A stretch of 64,000 nucleotides of DNA from the human T2T-CHM13v2.0 reference genome, Homo sapiens, in the NCBI RefSeq assembly GCF_009914755.1, contig NC_060926.1, one strand, 5' to 3'. Positions 31,766 to 51,287 of this stretch are shown here, piece after piece; the first letter of the stretch is position 1, and the number at the start of each line of letters is the position of its first letter. The notes under the pieces were generated by a model that was given only the letters and a program-made list of their open reading frames with translations, searched no databases and was not told the origin of the DNA. Made by a program: the position numbers and the translations under genes.

Positions 31766-32358
31766 ATTACAACCAAAGTTACCAACGATTGCTGAAAAAG
31801 CAGCAGCTAACCATGCCAATTACAGTCAAATGTCAAGACATACTTGGTAATATCTTTAGAGCAATTGCTAAGAACATATTAAATTACCTAATGGCAATCT
31901 AATGATTTATATTGGAAAAATCAGACTTTTTAAGAATTTTCAGGATTTCAATGCTGACAGTAAATTTAAGAAATTATATTACTTAAAGATAAGATTTCAG
32001 TAATTGAGTGACATTCTGGAAACTTGCCCATTTTTACTTCTAAGTTGGTGACATATTAAGTCAAATTAATGATGCTTATTACCCTACTGATCACTACATG
32101 AAATAATGTCATTATTCCACAAGTAATCAAATTTGAGAAAGAAACAAAATCTAACACGAATGGCTTATGGCACCATTCTAAGTGTAACAGTTATCAGGGA
32201 GATAACCAAGGTATTACAACAATTTTTATCTTACTTTTAAAGAATGGCATTTAAAATTTTTCTATTTCAATTTTGGAAAAGTGTCAGAAGGCAATACTTT
32301 AGGTGTAGATTCAATTTTCCAGGTCTGGGATATAAGGAACTCTAAATTCTAAATTTCA

Positions 32359-32553
<195 letters not shown>

Positions 32554-32737
32554 CTAGTCTACTTTTTTGCTGCAGATGTGAACAATGGTGATTTTGGAAA
32601 ATTCCACAATAGGAACTAAATACACAAAAAGCCACAACGTGATCTTCCAGGAGAGGATACTGCTCAGGAAAACCTCTTGAGATGACCTGCAAACACAGAC
32701 AATCTCTCACATTTACATGTTTTCTGCAGAGCTACTT

Positions 32738-33054
<317 letters not shown>

Positions 33055-34758
33055 CTAAAGGGCTACTTGTACACTACAGCAGCAGAGATGAGTAGTTGCT
33101 ACAGAGACCCTGTGGCCTGAAAAGCCTACAATATTTACTATCTGGCCCTTTACAGGAAAAATTTGGCAAACACTAAATAGGGCTAAAAGCTATCAGGAAT
33201 ATCAGGAAGAGATATCCAGTTGAACTAATTTAGGTAATTTGAATTAATTTAATTTAATTGCATTTTATTCAGAATCTTGGGCAATTCAATTAACATCTCT
33301 TAGTCTGTGTTCTTTAGCCACCAAATGAGGATCTGAAGATAATCTGCAGTATCTTTTCCAGCTCTGTCATGCTGTGATTCCATAAAGATTCCTGAACACT
33401 GAAAATACTGCCTTTAGCCATGATGAGTATGGGCCCCACATAAATTTTAAGAATATCTCTTTAAAGCAGTTGAGGCCAACACAGTTCTTTTCATTAGAAT
33501 TCCTAGTAAATACACATGATCTTTTAGGACAAAGAAAAATTCTGATCATTTTTTAAAAAGAGGTAAAAATAAGGCTCAACATTTTTTTTTGGCTGACTTA
33601 TAAAAAATGAAGGCACAGAAAAAAACATGTAATGAAACTTGTTCTCCAGATTACCTAAAAAAAAAACTTTTCACTAAAATATTTATTAATATGTTTTATT
33701 TGTTGTATTATCCTTTCCACTTGAAACAGCTAAACAAAAAGTCATGAGAAAGGTAATAATTCTATTATTTACAGAAATGGAAATTTTAACTCCTCCCTTT
33801 AAAAATTAACTATCAAGTGGCAGATTAACATTAGAGAAAGTAAGTGAATTGTTATATGGCAATATTTATTTACTTACAGGCTATTTAGCACACAAGTGAC
33901 TTGATACTGGAGACAAACTACAGGAAGTTATTATTGCATATCACTTTTATGAGGAAGGTGATTTGAACCCAAATGTAGCTGCTGAGACAGAGTAATTATT
34001 GTTCCTACTAACTTCATTATTGCCCAAATATAAACAGTGACCAAAAAGCTCAGTTAGTTTATGTTTTAGTAATCTATTACCGTAAACTAATTATTTTCTC
34101 AGTACCATTCAGATAGAAGAAACTAAAGACAAAAATCTCACTTTCCATACAGAGCACATTCATCTGGAGCAGCTGCCACTAAAAAAATTCACTTGAAATT
34201 AGTTAAACCAAGCGGTATATAACGTTTAGTCAATTTCTCCTGGTATATCAAATTATTTTCCTCTTCAATTTAGTAGAAGTTCAATGAAAAGCATATATCA
34301 CAATATTCATCTAGAATTGAAAACATTTCTAAATGTTGAGATGACTTTCTAAAAGTTATTAACTTCTTTTAGAAGTGTTTATGTTGTTATTCCCATATAA
34401 GTGACTAACAGCCAGCTGGCATTTTTCTTAGCATGTTACATACAAGAAGGATTTGTAACAGAAAACTATAGCCTAAGTTTAATTATTGCTAATGAAAATA
34501 GATTAGCAATCCAAAGCCTTGTTCATTTAGAATACTGTTACTTTCTTCAAATAAGAGATTATTTGATGTTGGCTTTTGCTAAATTTGTCTGGATATGATG
34601 GGGTGAATTCATGATAGATTTACATCATTTAAAAAATATGAGTGTGAATTTTTTCTCCCAGTGGCAATACAAGAAGGAATAGAGCTCTATGAATCCAATG
34701 GGAGATCTAACCATTCAACTGATTTTTCCATATTTGCTTAGCTTGTACATGTCTGTTG

Positions 34759-34789
<31 letters not shown>

Positions 34790-35894
34790 TTATAAAATAG
34801 GAGTGGAGAAAACTTATCTTTATAGATAGTGACTGTCTGGGGATATGAGGGAAAGCAGTTACCCTTAACATTAAAATTTCTAGTCATTACAATATATTAA
34901 AACACATTAGTATGAGAACATCAGGTCTCCTGAGTATCCTCAAAGTCCAATTATGACTGGAAAAATATCTAAATTGTATGTATTTTTAAATTCACTAAAT
35001 GAACCCAATTTAAATAAACATGAACTGTTGGAATTATATATGATATAATGATTTTGCTCTTCTTTTGACTTTGAAAATAACATTAAAGGGTTTTGAGTTA
35101 AGGGAGGCCAGGGTAAAATATACTTATCTTATTTTTCATGTTAATCAATATTTTATTCTCACAGGAAGATCTCTTCTATTTCATGTCTTAGCTTCATTTT
35201 TACCCACTTAAATTCAGTAACTTAAAAAAGATTAATGCTAAATATAAATATAAAATAGTCTTCATCATAAATGTTCTCTAAGACTAATATCATCATAAAA
35301 TAAACTGTAGACTGTAATTATCACCCACAAGTAAAAGCTATAAAGAACCTACTAAATATGTGTCTACTAATATGAATACAGGGATAAAATGCAATCTCAA
35401 TATGGTAAAGTTTAGTTGAAACAAGAAAAGTCTCCATTTTAAAGCTTAAGTGAAGCCATTATTAAGTTGACTTTTTTCCTAAAATGATTTTCATTAAATA
35501 TTTGAAATGACTAGTGTTATATGAATTGAACTTAATCTTAATTTTTACTAGATTCTCAGATTATGTTTTCAATCCTAATAGAATTCTTATTGATGTGATT
35601 TGCCTGTTTGTTTCTAAAATAATACTATTTGGGGAACATGTCATTTGTTGACAATCATTAGATGATAAATCAAAATCCCTAAGTAAGAATAAATTAAGAA
35701 TGCAAAATTTTCATCAGGATGCTTACTAGCATGATTCTTAACTGCCTAGATTATTTGCTTCCTTTAAAGGTCTACCTCACTGAAAATCATGTTTCTACAA
35801 ACTGATTTTTCTCCAAGAAGTATACAAGAGATATATTTTCCTCTCATTAGATCAGAAAAGAATCAGAGGTAAAATGGCCTCATAAACGAGATGA

Positions 35895-36262
<368 letters not shown>

Positions 36263-38239
36263 AATTAACTTTTTCCTTGAAGATGAAACTAATGAAGTGA
36301 TACCTCCTCCTTTTTTGTTGTTTTCAGAAGTATAGTTGAAAAGTATTGTACACATTTGGATTTGTTTGTTCTGTCTTGCTATTGTTAAGTTTCTAAAAAT
36401 TCGTGATAGACTATTGGGGGTATTTAAAAATTATAAATATTTTAGTGTTGTCATCATGGAAACCAAATTGGGAAATAATTTTATTAGATAAATAATTCTT
36501 TCAGGGTGAGTTAGGTTTTCATTTATTTGACTAATCTAATTTGTTGGCATTGGATAAACAGTTATAGGTTTTCATATATAATATTTGAAAAGTGTTATCC
36601 CTTTGATGCCTGTAGTGAGGCTGATGTTTTATTCTCTGTGCCTTGCTATTTGAGATGTTCATCTGTGCTTCAAAGAATGCTGTGATTTTGTTCTATTTTT
36701 AGTTGGCTATTAAGTCATCGCCACTGTAGTGACTCAGGCAGGCATCATCTCTACTAAGCCAGCGACAGCCTTACTTTTGGGCCTCAGCAGACTGATATAT
36801 GTATGATCATTCCAAAGCAAGGGACCAAAGATTATTTTAGAATAACCTGGATGGAGGTTACCTGAAAATTTGACTAAATAGCACCAATAGTATTAATAAT
36901 TCTATTTTAAAATATTAAAAAACGTGATTTCTCTCTTTAATTTTACCACTAGGAATAATTCAATTGCTAATTTTATCTCTCATACTGACTTACATTTCCA
37001 GCTCTTTAAAAATAATATTTTTATTACACAAATACTCAGGGACTTATAATTAGAATAACACATTTTGTAATAAAAGCAGAGTCTGTGGCTTGTGCTTTCA
37101 AAGAGCGGTCAGAACCTCTTGAGGGCAGCTCACACTAATTATATACATAACTTTTTAATGTAAATTTCGGCTGCAGTATAGGGCAAGAGTAATAATAACA
37201 ACACCTACTATGTACCAGGAACTTTTCCCATTTAATCTGTATATGGCATAGAAATATTATAATCCCATTTAAAAGATGAGAAAACCAAGGTACCAAGAAG
37301 TAACAAACTCAATTTAAAGCTGAGTCTGCATTATAATCACAAAAGCTCTGGCTTCAGAGTCTATGCCCTTAACCTCTACACATTCTGGCTCCCTGAAAAA
37401 GTTCTAATTGTTGTTATTTATGCAGTTCTTTCATGTATGATACTCCTAAATCTAATCTGAAAGGCAAGCTGAGCTAAATTTAGCTTCTCCATTTTGAAGA
37501 TAAAAACAATCCAAGAGAAATTCAGTCTCTTGCAATGAAATCATTGCTAGTAACTAGAAAATCAGCAAACTCAAACATAGAATTCTAAAAATACATTTAG
37601 TCATTTTAAAGACAAAATATAGTTTGACAGTTTTATCTTAAATCCAACAAGATAGTGGCTCACGTGTTACAAAGTACAGTTTTACAATGTCATATGACTA
37701 TTGTCCAAAATTTGAAAGTAATAAAATCAAGTCCATGCAACTACCATACAGTAGACAAGTTAACTCCTGGGATATCTTCAACTGAGAATAATTAAGTTTT
37801 AAAGAAAAAGAGGTTTCAGAAGAAAGTTATTTTGATCACATGATTTATTTTAATAAAAACAAAATCTAGAGACTTACTCTCTATTGAATTTATCTTTCCC
37901 AGATCACCTACTCTAAGAAATGGAGAGTGGGGACAGTGACATGGAGCAGATTATCTTGAGAGATTTCCTGCTCTGTTTAAACTCCACCTCCCTTTACCCA
38001 CTTAGGATTTGAGTCATTATTTATGTGGATCTGTGAAATAATTTTTTCTTTTCTTTCTCTCTCTTTTTTTGTTTGTTTGTTTCCTTTTTGGCCTTTATTT
38101 ATTCTTCCTAATAGCTAAGGTCCCATTTTAATGAGATGTTATAGTGTTTTCCTTTATTCTGTGACCATCTCTACAATGTATGGAATGATCATTCAATGTT
38201 ATGCTAAACAAAAGAGCTGATGTTTCACCATACACTCTA

Positions 38240-38455
<216 letters not shown>

Positions 38456-39227
38456 TCAAGACTAATAATATAACATGGGATTAGAGATAGGACTTTTAAG
38501 CTGCATAACTTGAATTAGAATAAATCTTTGTACTCAAGAACTCATCAAGACTATAAATATAATTTTACTTTGTCACAAATGCTACTCATTGTCCATTGAC
38601 ATTAATTCTACCATTCAATAATTTTAAAGGTGCATTTCTACAAAACAAAAATTTTAGTAGAAAAAAACTGTCCATGAGAAAAATAAACAAAGACTAGAAG
38701 CATTTTGGATGAAGACAAACATATGTTCAGAAATACAAACATAAAATAAAACAATGAAACAATGATCTACAACTACTAGTGTAATGACTTTGCTTTATAG
38801 GCCGGATAGGTTTTTTTAAGGAAAATAATCAAACCTTTATTTCACAAGGCCAGATGAAATTCCTATTAAACATATGCTGAAGAAAACTTGATAGAGTTGT
38901 CAGTTTTAAAACCCTAGAGCTACTTAAGCATAATTCCTCCTACTCAGCATTTCAGAAACTAAGGATCCTCTATTTTGTAAACAAATTATTTCAAGAATAC
39001 AGTCTTCACTTATCTGACTAAATGCATTATTATCATTTTAGCTTAATATGAGTTGAACAAATCCATAATTCTTTGTCCTATTATTGAGCTTCTAATCATA
39101 TGCCTTAAGAGCAGTACTTCATATTGACTGAATTCTTCCATAAAGTGATGCTAAATAATTAAATCTAGTAATCTTCATCAAAAATAAAATTACATTTAAC
39201 CTTGAAATAATAAAAAATGGAATGTTA

Positions 39228-39491
<264 letters not shown>

Positions 39492-39775
39492 TCAGTCTTG
39501 GAAGACTGCCAGTTAAAATATTCAATACTACATGGGCTGACAGATACAACTGCTACATAACTTCGTGTGAATAATTGCTGTGACAACCTGTCAGGCCAGC
39601 AAAGTTCTTTATTACCAGTTAAGAGAATGCAGGATTGGGCACAGGAGCTAGCTTTGCTCAGATTTAGCTTGGTTCAACCACTGGAAAAAAAAATGAATGT
39701 GATTCTTTCACCATTAAAGCCTGCTTCACCAGAAACAAATACCATCCACCATTTTAAAATTCATAATTGATATAT

Positions 39776-39843
39776 TTATGTGTGTGTGTGTGTATGTGTG
39801 TATATACATATACATATACATATTTACATATATACATATATAT
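39776..39843. repeat. (TG)n/(TA/CA)n microsatellite
   Basis: Alternating purine-pyrimidine tract ~310 bp upstream of the 39463 acceptor. Confidence 0.85.
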
Positions 39844-41509
39844 CTCCTTCTGGTTGTTCTTAACTTAAATACCTAAATCTAAAGATCATTGCCCTACTTT
39901 TTTCACATGTAAAATGATTAAATTATAGATCCTGGAAGAAATGTGTCTACTACCTGGAAATAAAGTGGTTATGAAACTACTATAAACCTTTTCAGCCACT
40001 GAGATTTTATGAGCACTTTTACTTGCAAGGTGAGATGGGATGGGGTAGAGGGAAATAAGTGTGGCAGATAATAATGTATTATGCAAATTTAATAGTCATA
40101 AAACAGTTTAGTTGCAGATTAAAAATGTTTTATAATTATTCTTCCTGATGTTTAAATGTAAACAGTAGAGTGAGCATCACAAATGTGAATTACTCATTTG
40201 AGTGAATCCAGGGTCCTATCCAGTAAATAAGATATGGTAAATCTGTTCAGTGGTTTGGGTTTAAATAATTTTAAACTGTGATAGAGTTTTCTTTGTGCTT
40301 CTATTTTCTCAAGACTGACAAATAATAAATGGAGAAGATGAAAATTCCCTAACTTATAAAAACGTACTATTTCTCTGTACTAATTTTGAGATGTACTTTT
40401 AGAAATTCTGACATGTTCATTAATGAGAAAAGGTACTATATTTCTAGTAATATTTACTTCTTTCTTAATTAGATTTTAATGACTGAAAATTAATGTTTGG
40501 CATATTCCTCATTCAGCAGTAACTGAAAAACTATCAAAATTTCAAATACAATTTACTATTTATAGGAAGCTTTACAGCCTTATTTTTTAAATGCTGGGTA
40601 AATTTATATTATCAACTAAAGTAAATATTTTAAATTTTTTGATTTTTTATTTGTATTCTGATAGGCCAAATGTTATCAGATAATTCACTACAACTAAAAG
40701 ACAATAGAAATAAAAGAAATAAAATTAGAAACCTCAACATAAGTCATATATTAAGTCACTGAATACTTTCATAATATAAAATCTAGCTAGAAATTCATCT
40801 CAGAACAGATACTAATCATATGAAGGATGTAAACATTTCAAAAATCCAGATTTGTACACTTTAGATGTTTTGAATTTTGATGTAAAAATCTAGATGTGCA
40901 CACAACTTAATTATCGATGTACTCTTGCAGACATAGATACCATTACTAAAATAATAAGTGAAATTAGAATGAAAAGGACACTTTACTATAATTAATTATG
41001 TGTGAGCTATTTATATAAACTATTCCCACCATTTTTCTTTGACTGTATAAATTCATACAAAAAAGATAAATGTGGCAAAATGTTAATAATTAATTGAATC
41101 TTGGTGATGGGTGATTATTATAAGAGCCTTTCACCTTATATGTAGATTTCAAGATTTTTAGAATAAAATAAAAATTTACAGGAAATGTTGAAAGCCTCAA
41201 AATATTTAATGTGAATCTCGTTAGATGCAAAGGTGATAGTTAAATCATTAAATATGGGCTCAAAAAGTTAATCATCATTTTTAACAATCTCAATCCATAA
41301 GAGATTCAGTTTACTTTTGTAAGAAAAATAAAGTTATTGTAAGAATCTGCCAATTAGCATTTCAAAAGGAAGTCTTTTTAATTATTCAGCAGTAACTACA
41401 GGTGATATTTATTAAGCACTTGGGTGCACAAGAACTAGGCCAGCGGGAGAGGCAATTTATATATTTTATTTTATTTAATACTCTCAAAAACTCTATTGTG
41501 CAGTAGTAA

Positions 41510-41882
41510 TGATATGGTTTGGCTCCGTGTCTCCACCCAAATCTCATGTTGAATTGTAATCTCCAGTGTTGAGGGAGTGATCTGGTGGGAGGTGATTGGA
41601 TCATGGGGGCGGATTTCTCCCTTGCTATTCTCCTGCTAGTGAGTGAGTTCTCACGAGATAAGTGTGTAGCACTTCCCCCCTACACTCCCTCTCTCCTGCT
41701 GCCATGTGAAGACATGTTTGCTTCCTTTTTGCCCTTCTGCCATGATTGTAAGTTTTCTCAGGCTTCCCCAGCCATGTCTCCTGTACAGCCTATGGAACTG
41801 TGGGTCAATTAAACATTTTTTTCTTTATAAATTACCTAGTCTCAGATAGTTCTTTAGGGCAGTGTAAGAATGGACTAATACA
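41510..41882 (+). mobile_element. MaLR solo LTR (MSTA/MSTB-like)
   Basis: TGATATGGTTTGGCT...GGACTAATACA; perfect 5-bp TSD AGTAA (41505-41509, 41883-41887). Confidence 0.9.
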
Positions 41883-42009
41883 AGTAAAGTTCATTTTGCA
41901 GATGAGGAAACTTAGATGTGGAAAATTTAAGTAACTTGGCAAAAGAGGGGTAGAAAAAAACTAGTAAATAAAAGTACTGGTATTTGAATCTTAGCTCTCT
42001 CTGGAGTGT

Positions 42010-42175
42010 GCTCTCTGGCCATGTGATACTCTTCCACCATGGGATGACACCGGATGCCAGGGCCATGTTCTTGAATTTTCCAGCCTCCAGAACCATGAGC
42101 CAACTAAACTTATTTTCTTTGTAAATTACCAAATCTGTAGTATTTTTTCATAGCAACAAAAACCAGACTAAGACA
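42010..42175 (+). mobile_element. MaLR LTR 3' fragment (MST/MLT1 type)
   Basis: ccagcctccagaaccatgagc...cagactaagaca terminus. Confidence 0.75.
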
Positions 42176-42765
42176 GGAAGTACATGGAGCTAATAAAAAA
42201 TCACCATGAAATGTGAAGGTATGAAAGAAACATTTAACAAACAAACCCTTAATTAATGCTGAGATGTCGTTAAATTTAGGGGAAAAGTAGTCACTGTTGC
42301 CTAAAAATGATGATGACTATCATTTTTAAGAGAAAAGTTATATGACCAGTTGTCTGTATAAAACTGCAGTTGTCTATATAAAACTGCATTTGCTTAACTA
42401 ACAGAGAAATGTGAAAAGTACATTTAATAAATCTTTCATTTACAGGTATTCAGTAGACACACAAAAAAGAATAAACAGAGCTGCTGTGTGGGCTGTAGTT
42501 TCACAGGTACTGACTATATATCTAAAGCCTATTTAAAAGCTGCTTACTATAGTTAAGTCTCTATTCAGTGTAACAGCATTATGTATTGTACTGTTTCCAG
42601 AATTCCACTCAAGCACTAGGTTCCTAATTTTTATTTCATAGACTATATCTTTCAGAAGAAAAGGGTTGATATATGGCAAAAATAAATAAATCAAAGAAAT
42701 ACTTCTTTTGGGAGTTTTTCCCTGAGTCGAGTTTGATGCTATCCTGCTAAAGCTCAATGTAATTA

Positions 42766-42924
<159 letters not shown>

Positions 42925-43348
42925 CTATCCAGAACATGGTTTTGGCTTAACTGTTGCCTCACAGCTTGAATATACTCTATTACAATACTCTTGATTATTC
43001 ATTTTTTTAGTTAGCATTTATCATGCTAAATAAGTATATTTCTGGGTAATATCATTCTAAATTTGTTTTTCTGACTAATCTACTTTAAATACTTAAGAAA
43101 CGAATGCCCCAGTTACACCGTTCTCAGCTTTTTTTGAGTTAAAATCTCATAGTTAATGTTATGGGAGGATACAGCATTAGGATATTGGTAGCTTTGACAG
43201 GGCTTTCTGCACTGAGTTAGTATGTCAATAGACATTTCACTAGTAATACTATCTTATTTTCCATTCTTTATCTCCCCATATTTACTTTAAGAATCTAAAT
43301 GTTATCTTAAAATATTACTTTATGCCCAGCAATCACTGTAATTTATTA

Positions 43349-43680
<332 letters not shown>

Positions 43681-44119
43681 TTATTCATATTTTCAAAAGT
43701 AAAAAATAGGATATAGAATGCAATCACCAAATTCTGCTATTACTTTTATGAAGGAATCAAGTTTACAGAGTAACATGAGCTTAGAATTGACTTACTTGAG
43801 TTATAAAGAGTTTATATATTGATTTGAAGGAAATACCTAAACAATCAGTGATCCATTAAGGTCAACTTATGCTTCACCCTATGACTATGTTTGGAAAGGT
43901 AATCCCCTAAAACTTTAAAATTTACAAACATATCAAATCAAACATTAAATCCTACTATCTTTTTCTTTTTAATATATTTTAAGACACTCCCATTTTTTAA
44001 AAGAATTCTTGCTGCCATTATCCCAAGTAAAGGCTCATATCCCCTCACACCAGGAATACTGCAAAATTATTCTAACTTGTCACCTTATTTTTAATCCCTT
44101 CCAATCTCTTTTATATTAG

Positions 44120-44530
44120 TCAGAATTGCTGCAGAAAATAGAAAACATATCTTTAAATGATAGTTGCAGAGAGTTTAATAAAGAATTATTTATAGAGATG
44201 GACATGCAAAGGTACAAATCATGCATTGCTTTTTACCAGGTCTGTTACCAGAAGCTAGTGAAAAATGCAGCTGAGGGGAATAAAGCCATCCAACAAGAGC
44301 AGTGGTCTTTAATAGACAGGCTCAGCCACTGCTAAATCATTATAGTTGAGCGTAGATGGAAAGGGGATGAATAAATATTCTGACTTCCTTTTCTGTCTGC
44401 TATCTAATGTCCTTGCAATGCAATTCATGGAGGAAATCCAACTTGATGTGGAAAGGTAAAAGAGCCTGGGTGAGGTAGTCCACATAAGTCAGCTTTCTGG
44501 CACAGGAAGAGGGCAAAGAGGCAAAGCCAG
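44120..44530. mobile_element. Probable old MLT1-type LTR relic
   Basis: Degenerate motifs (gagcctgggtgaggtagtccacataagtcagctttctggcacag); subfamily and strand not resolved. Confidence 0.45.
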
Positions 44531-45718
44531 GATAACTAGAACTCCCACTAACTAATATTTCTCATATTTTTTTCATCTAACATATATCTTCCCAAATCAA
44601 AAAGCATCCATGACACCATTCTCTGAGTAATATGGTGCAGACTATCTAGCTTGACTAAAACACCATCTGTCTTCAGAAGAGAGAACAAAGTATGCTCATT
44701 GATCCCCTCTTTTGAGAGACCCTGACACTAATAATTTCCCCTGATATTTTTCTGGAAGAATAAGAGCACAATGAGATGTGTAGAGAAGATAGGGCATGAC
44801 TTAAAGTAGCATAGTGTGAAAAACAAAAAAGAAGTGATGAGAAAGAAAAACAATTAGCAGTGAAAAAACGGGGTGAGATTAAACAAAGGCTATGAAAAAC
44901 TGCAGTCTGGTAAACAGGATAATATTAGATGGCGGTAGAAAGTGATTTAACGTGACAAAGAAAGTGGAAGATTCATGACAGTGGCCAGTGGGAGGGTGGG
45001 TGGATAATGGTTTCTAGTTGATGAAGAGTGACAAAGAGTGGGTGGGTGGGAAAATGGCCAGGGTAGGCTAATCTCCAGAGAAGGATCGTGGAGCCAGAGC
45101 TTTAGTTAAAAACACCTGGGAAAGAAAGATCATGCTTTATATAACCTTAGGGCCAAGGACATTTGTTCTCAGCTAATAATTATGTATGTCTCCTTTGGTG
45201 TTACTGTGCAAACCATTTAAAAAAATTATTTCCTGAAACCTACAACGAGCAGCTCTGAAGTGTTTTGTTCAATTTTGGCCTCTGTGAACATTTTGCCTGC
45301 TTACCCTTTAATGCAATCCTACTTGATAGTAACAAACAGTATCACAAATAAAACTTAGGCACCAAGGTCCAAAATCAATTTTTCAAAACAAATAAAAGCA
45401 TTAAGAAATGACAGGAACATGAAGGATGGCCAACATTTCCAACTGTTATGATAGAATATTGAAAGTTTATTTTTCCGATATTAAATATCATAGTCCTTCA
45501 ATGAGATCTTGCTGGGATGGAAAGTAGCTTTTCCTTTTAGTATAGGTCACAGTGCAGGAAGATCAGAGCTGACAGTGCCTGAAAGTAGATTATATGCTAA
45601 CTTTTGAAGAGTGATATTGATCAAATGTCCAAAATAAACTTGTGTCTCTCCTTAGTATAGTAGTTTATACTGGGACACTTAAATAAGTGTAATACGTAAT
45701 GTGGAAGCATAGAAATTA

Positions 45719-46060
<342 letters not shown>

Positions 46061-46782
46061 TTAGAAATCTTTTTCAGATTTAAGCCATTATTAGAGCTGA
46101 AGGCATCCATGGCCCATTATTTTCTAGTATTTCTTGCCTCCACATTCTCATTTCAAATAATATGTACTCTCCATATAGATTAGGAATATTAGATTTAACA
46201 TCATTTAATCTCTTCCTTTCCCTTACCTATTTTTAAATTGCTTATAATAGAAGGTCAAATATAGCCATTTCAATATTCACCATCCAAAGAGTATTCCTGT
46301 TAATGAATGTGAAGTTTTATAAAGCAGACTGTCTAAACTGTAGTACACTTGTTTTGAAAACAAGACTGACTAAAAATACTTTAGTAGGATGATGACAATT
46401 CTCTCTAACCTGTGAAGTAAACAAAGCAACATTGCTTCATGCACTTGGTAAAGTATATTCCTTTTGCTTCGAAACTTTCTGGGCCATTGTGCTAGTGATA
46501 AATCCTTCACAGTACACAGAAATGTGATAGTCTGAGCCTGACTATAAGTACTTACTATAAGAATTATTATATTCAACACACATATACATAGGAATTTCTT
46601 TGTTAGAGAGTCTTAATAAAAACTGAAGCCTTTGAAAAGCATTTGCCTCTGGGACACATATCAAGTATAGTTGTTTACATGAGTTTAGTATCTGGTCTTC
46701 TCATATTCCTGCAATTATAAATATATTTCTAAAATAAAAACGTAGAAGAGTGTAACATATTACAAGCATTTTCAAATGTGTT

Positions 46783-47167
46783 GGCATTAGACCATTCTGG
46801 CATTTCTACAAATAAATACCTGAGACTGGGTAATTTATAAAGAAAAGAGGCTTAATTGGCTCATGGTTCTTCAAGGTTTACAAGCAGCATGGTGCTGGCA
46901 TCATCTGTTAGGCCTCTAGGGAGGCGTCAAGAAACTTATAATCATGACAGAGGAAGAAGGGGGACCAGACACATCACATGGCAAAACAGGAGCAAGATGC
47001 ACGTGGAGAGGTGCCACACACCTTTAAATGACCACTATCATGAAGACAGCACAAACCATAAGGGATCTGCCCCATGACCCACCACCTCCCACCAGACCCC
47101 AACTCTAGCACTGGGGATTATGATTCAACAAGAGATTTGGACAGGAAAAAATATCCAAACTGTATCA
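46783..47167 (-). mobile_element. MaLR solo LTR (MSTB-like)
   Basis: aaatacctgagactgggtaatttataaagaaaagagg...atatccaaactgtatca; 5-bp TSD GTGTT (46778-46782, 47168-47172). Confidence 0.88.
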
Positions 47168-49061
47168 GTGTTCTAGGTAGTCCCAGCAAAAAGGAAGAGT
47201 AAGTGAGAGAATTGATAGAACAGTCCTCCTCTGTCCTAGATTCAACCTCAGCCAAATTCCCGTTAAGAAATGTTAGAGAATCACTGAATGAATAGAAGCC
47301 CTATTCTATGAATAAGAACAATGCACAATAGTCTGGCAAAGCAGCATGCCTAAATTAGGAAGTAACTGGACCTGAAGTAAACCTACTGATCCCTAATCTA
47401 CTTATTCTTTTCGCACACTCCACCCCTTGTATTTGGAATAGATGAGGCTGTTGAAAATGACTGAAAACTCAAATGAGGGTAATACTTAAAATGTCCCTAT
47501 TTTTACAAGCATGTGGCACTCATGACATTTGCAAAAAAAAAAAAAAGAAAAAAACTCCCTAAACATATATGCAAATTTAATGTATTCAAGGGACAAAACT
47601 GAAAGACATGATTGACACTGAAATTCTAAGACATTTTAGAAATGGCAGTTAATTTCAATTTATTTTACTGGTTTAGAAACATTTCTATAGTAACTGAATT
47701 GTATTTTGCTCCCTTCCATTAACTTTTATTGTATTGTAAACAGCAGCACATCAACACCATTGGTATAAAATACCCTGTGAACTCTACTGTTTGTAATGGA
47801 CTGTGAATGATAGAATTTTTTTTTCAAAAGTACTAAAATGCAATATCTTACCAAGAAAGAAACACTCTAGAATATTATAAAATAGTGCAGGTCGGGGGGT
47901 GGGAAGTATTATTTCAATTTCCTCTTTTCTTTTTTCTTTTTTTTTTTTTTTTGGTGGGCTACAGTGGATATCTAAATTTTCTAAAAATCCAAATGCAAGA
48001 GCTATTGGGTTTCGGAATATGTGAACACAAAATATTCTATTTGTCTCTTTCAGTGTTTTTATTTTTGTCTTCAGAACAAATTCTTAAAACATATTTCATG
48101 CCATTTCACCAGTAACATGCTGAGATCTAGATTCCTTTTTCCAAAATTAATTAGACTAACACTGCATGGGTTATGATTTAGATTTTTAAATCCAAACACA
48201 GAACTGCCCCCTCACAACACAAACTGGATTCCAGAGCAATAAACAAACAATAGAGTTAGACTACAATATTGACACTTTAATATGAGGCTCTTCAGGTCTA
48301 GGGGTATAGAAACAGTTATCCTTTAAATGACGAGCTGTAGTGAATATAATTGCTAGAAATTTTAAACAATTTTGCTCACAAAATATAAAAGAGTTCAGTG
48401 GTAAACTATAGTTCAGAATCATACCCAACTATTACTGTTCAGAGAAAATTAACAGTTAAGAGTATAATTTTTTCCAATATGCTGGATAAAATATGTACAT
48501 AACCAACTGACTTAACACAAGGTTAAATAATTTTTTGATACACTGAAGAGTATCCTGAAAAAAACAATTTATTGGAACAAATAAACTTAAAAACTCAAGG
48601 TCAAACGTAACTTTTTCTTAGTTCGCCCTTTTGTTATTACTGTTCACACAGTATTTTCAGCCTTTTCTTTTCCAAAATACTACCTACCTGCCTAAAATAT
48701 CTGAAGTTCAATGGCACAAGCAACCAAAATTGAAAAGAACTAAATCTGAATTTATTTACTTTGATACAAGTGGTCAAAAATAAACTTCAGTCAAAATAGA
48801 ATTTTCTAATATTTACCTTTCTTTTCATTAAATGGAAAATGAAATCTCTAAGCTAAGGTATATATGCAATGTTATTTCTAAAATTTTTCTCAGGAGATAT
48901 TTTTTGTTAATAGGCAATCCATTCAGAGAAGGCTATACTTTTTGAAATGCATAAAATCAATAAAAAATCTCAAATTTATAACAAATTTTTTCTTATATTC
49001 AGGGAATGTAGTTACTTTAACATAGCAAACTCTAATATGCAACTATCCCACTAAATCATGG

Positions 49062-51287
<2,226 letters not shown>

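Noticed and set aside
42347-42388. 20-bp tandem duplication (cagttgtctRtataaaactg x2)
   Set aside because: Simple slippage duplication with no sign of function
44988-45050. G-run cluster (gggagggtgggtgg ... gtgggtgggtggg)
   Set aside because: Neither cluster has four closely spaced GGG runs; weak G-quadruplex candidate
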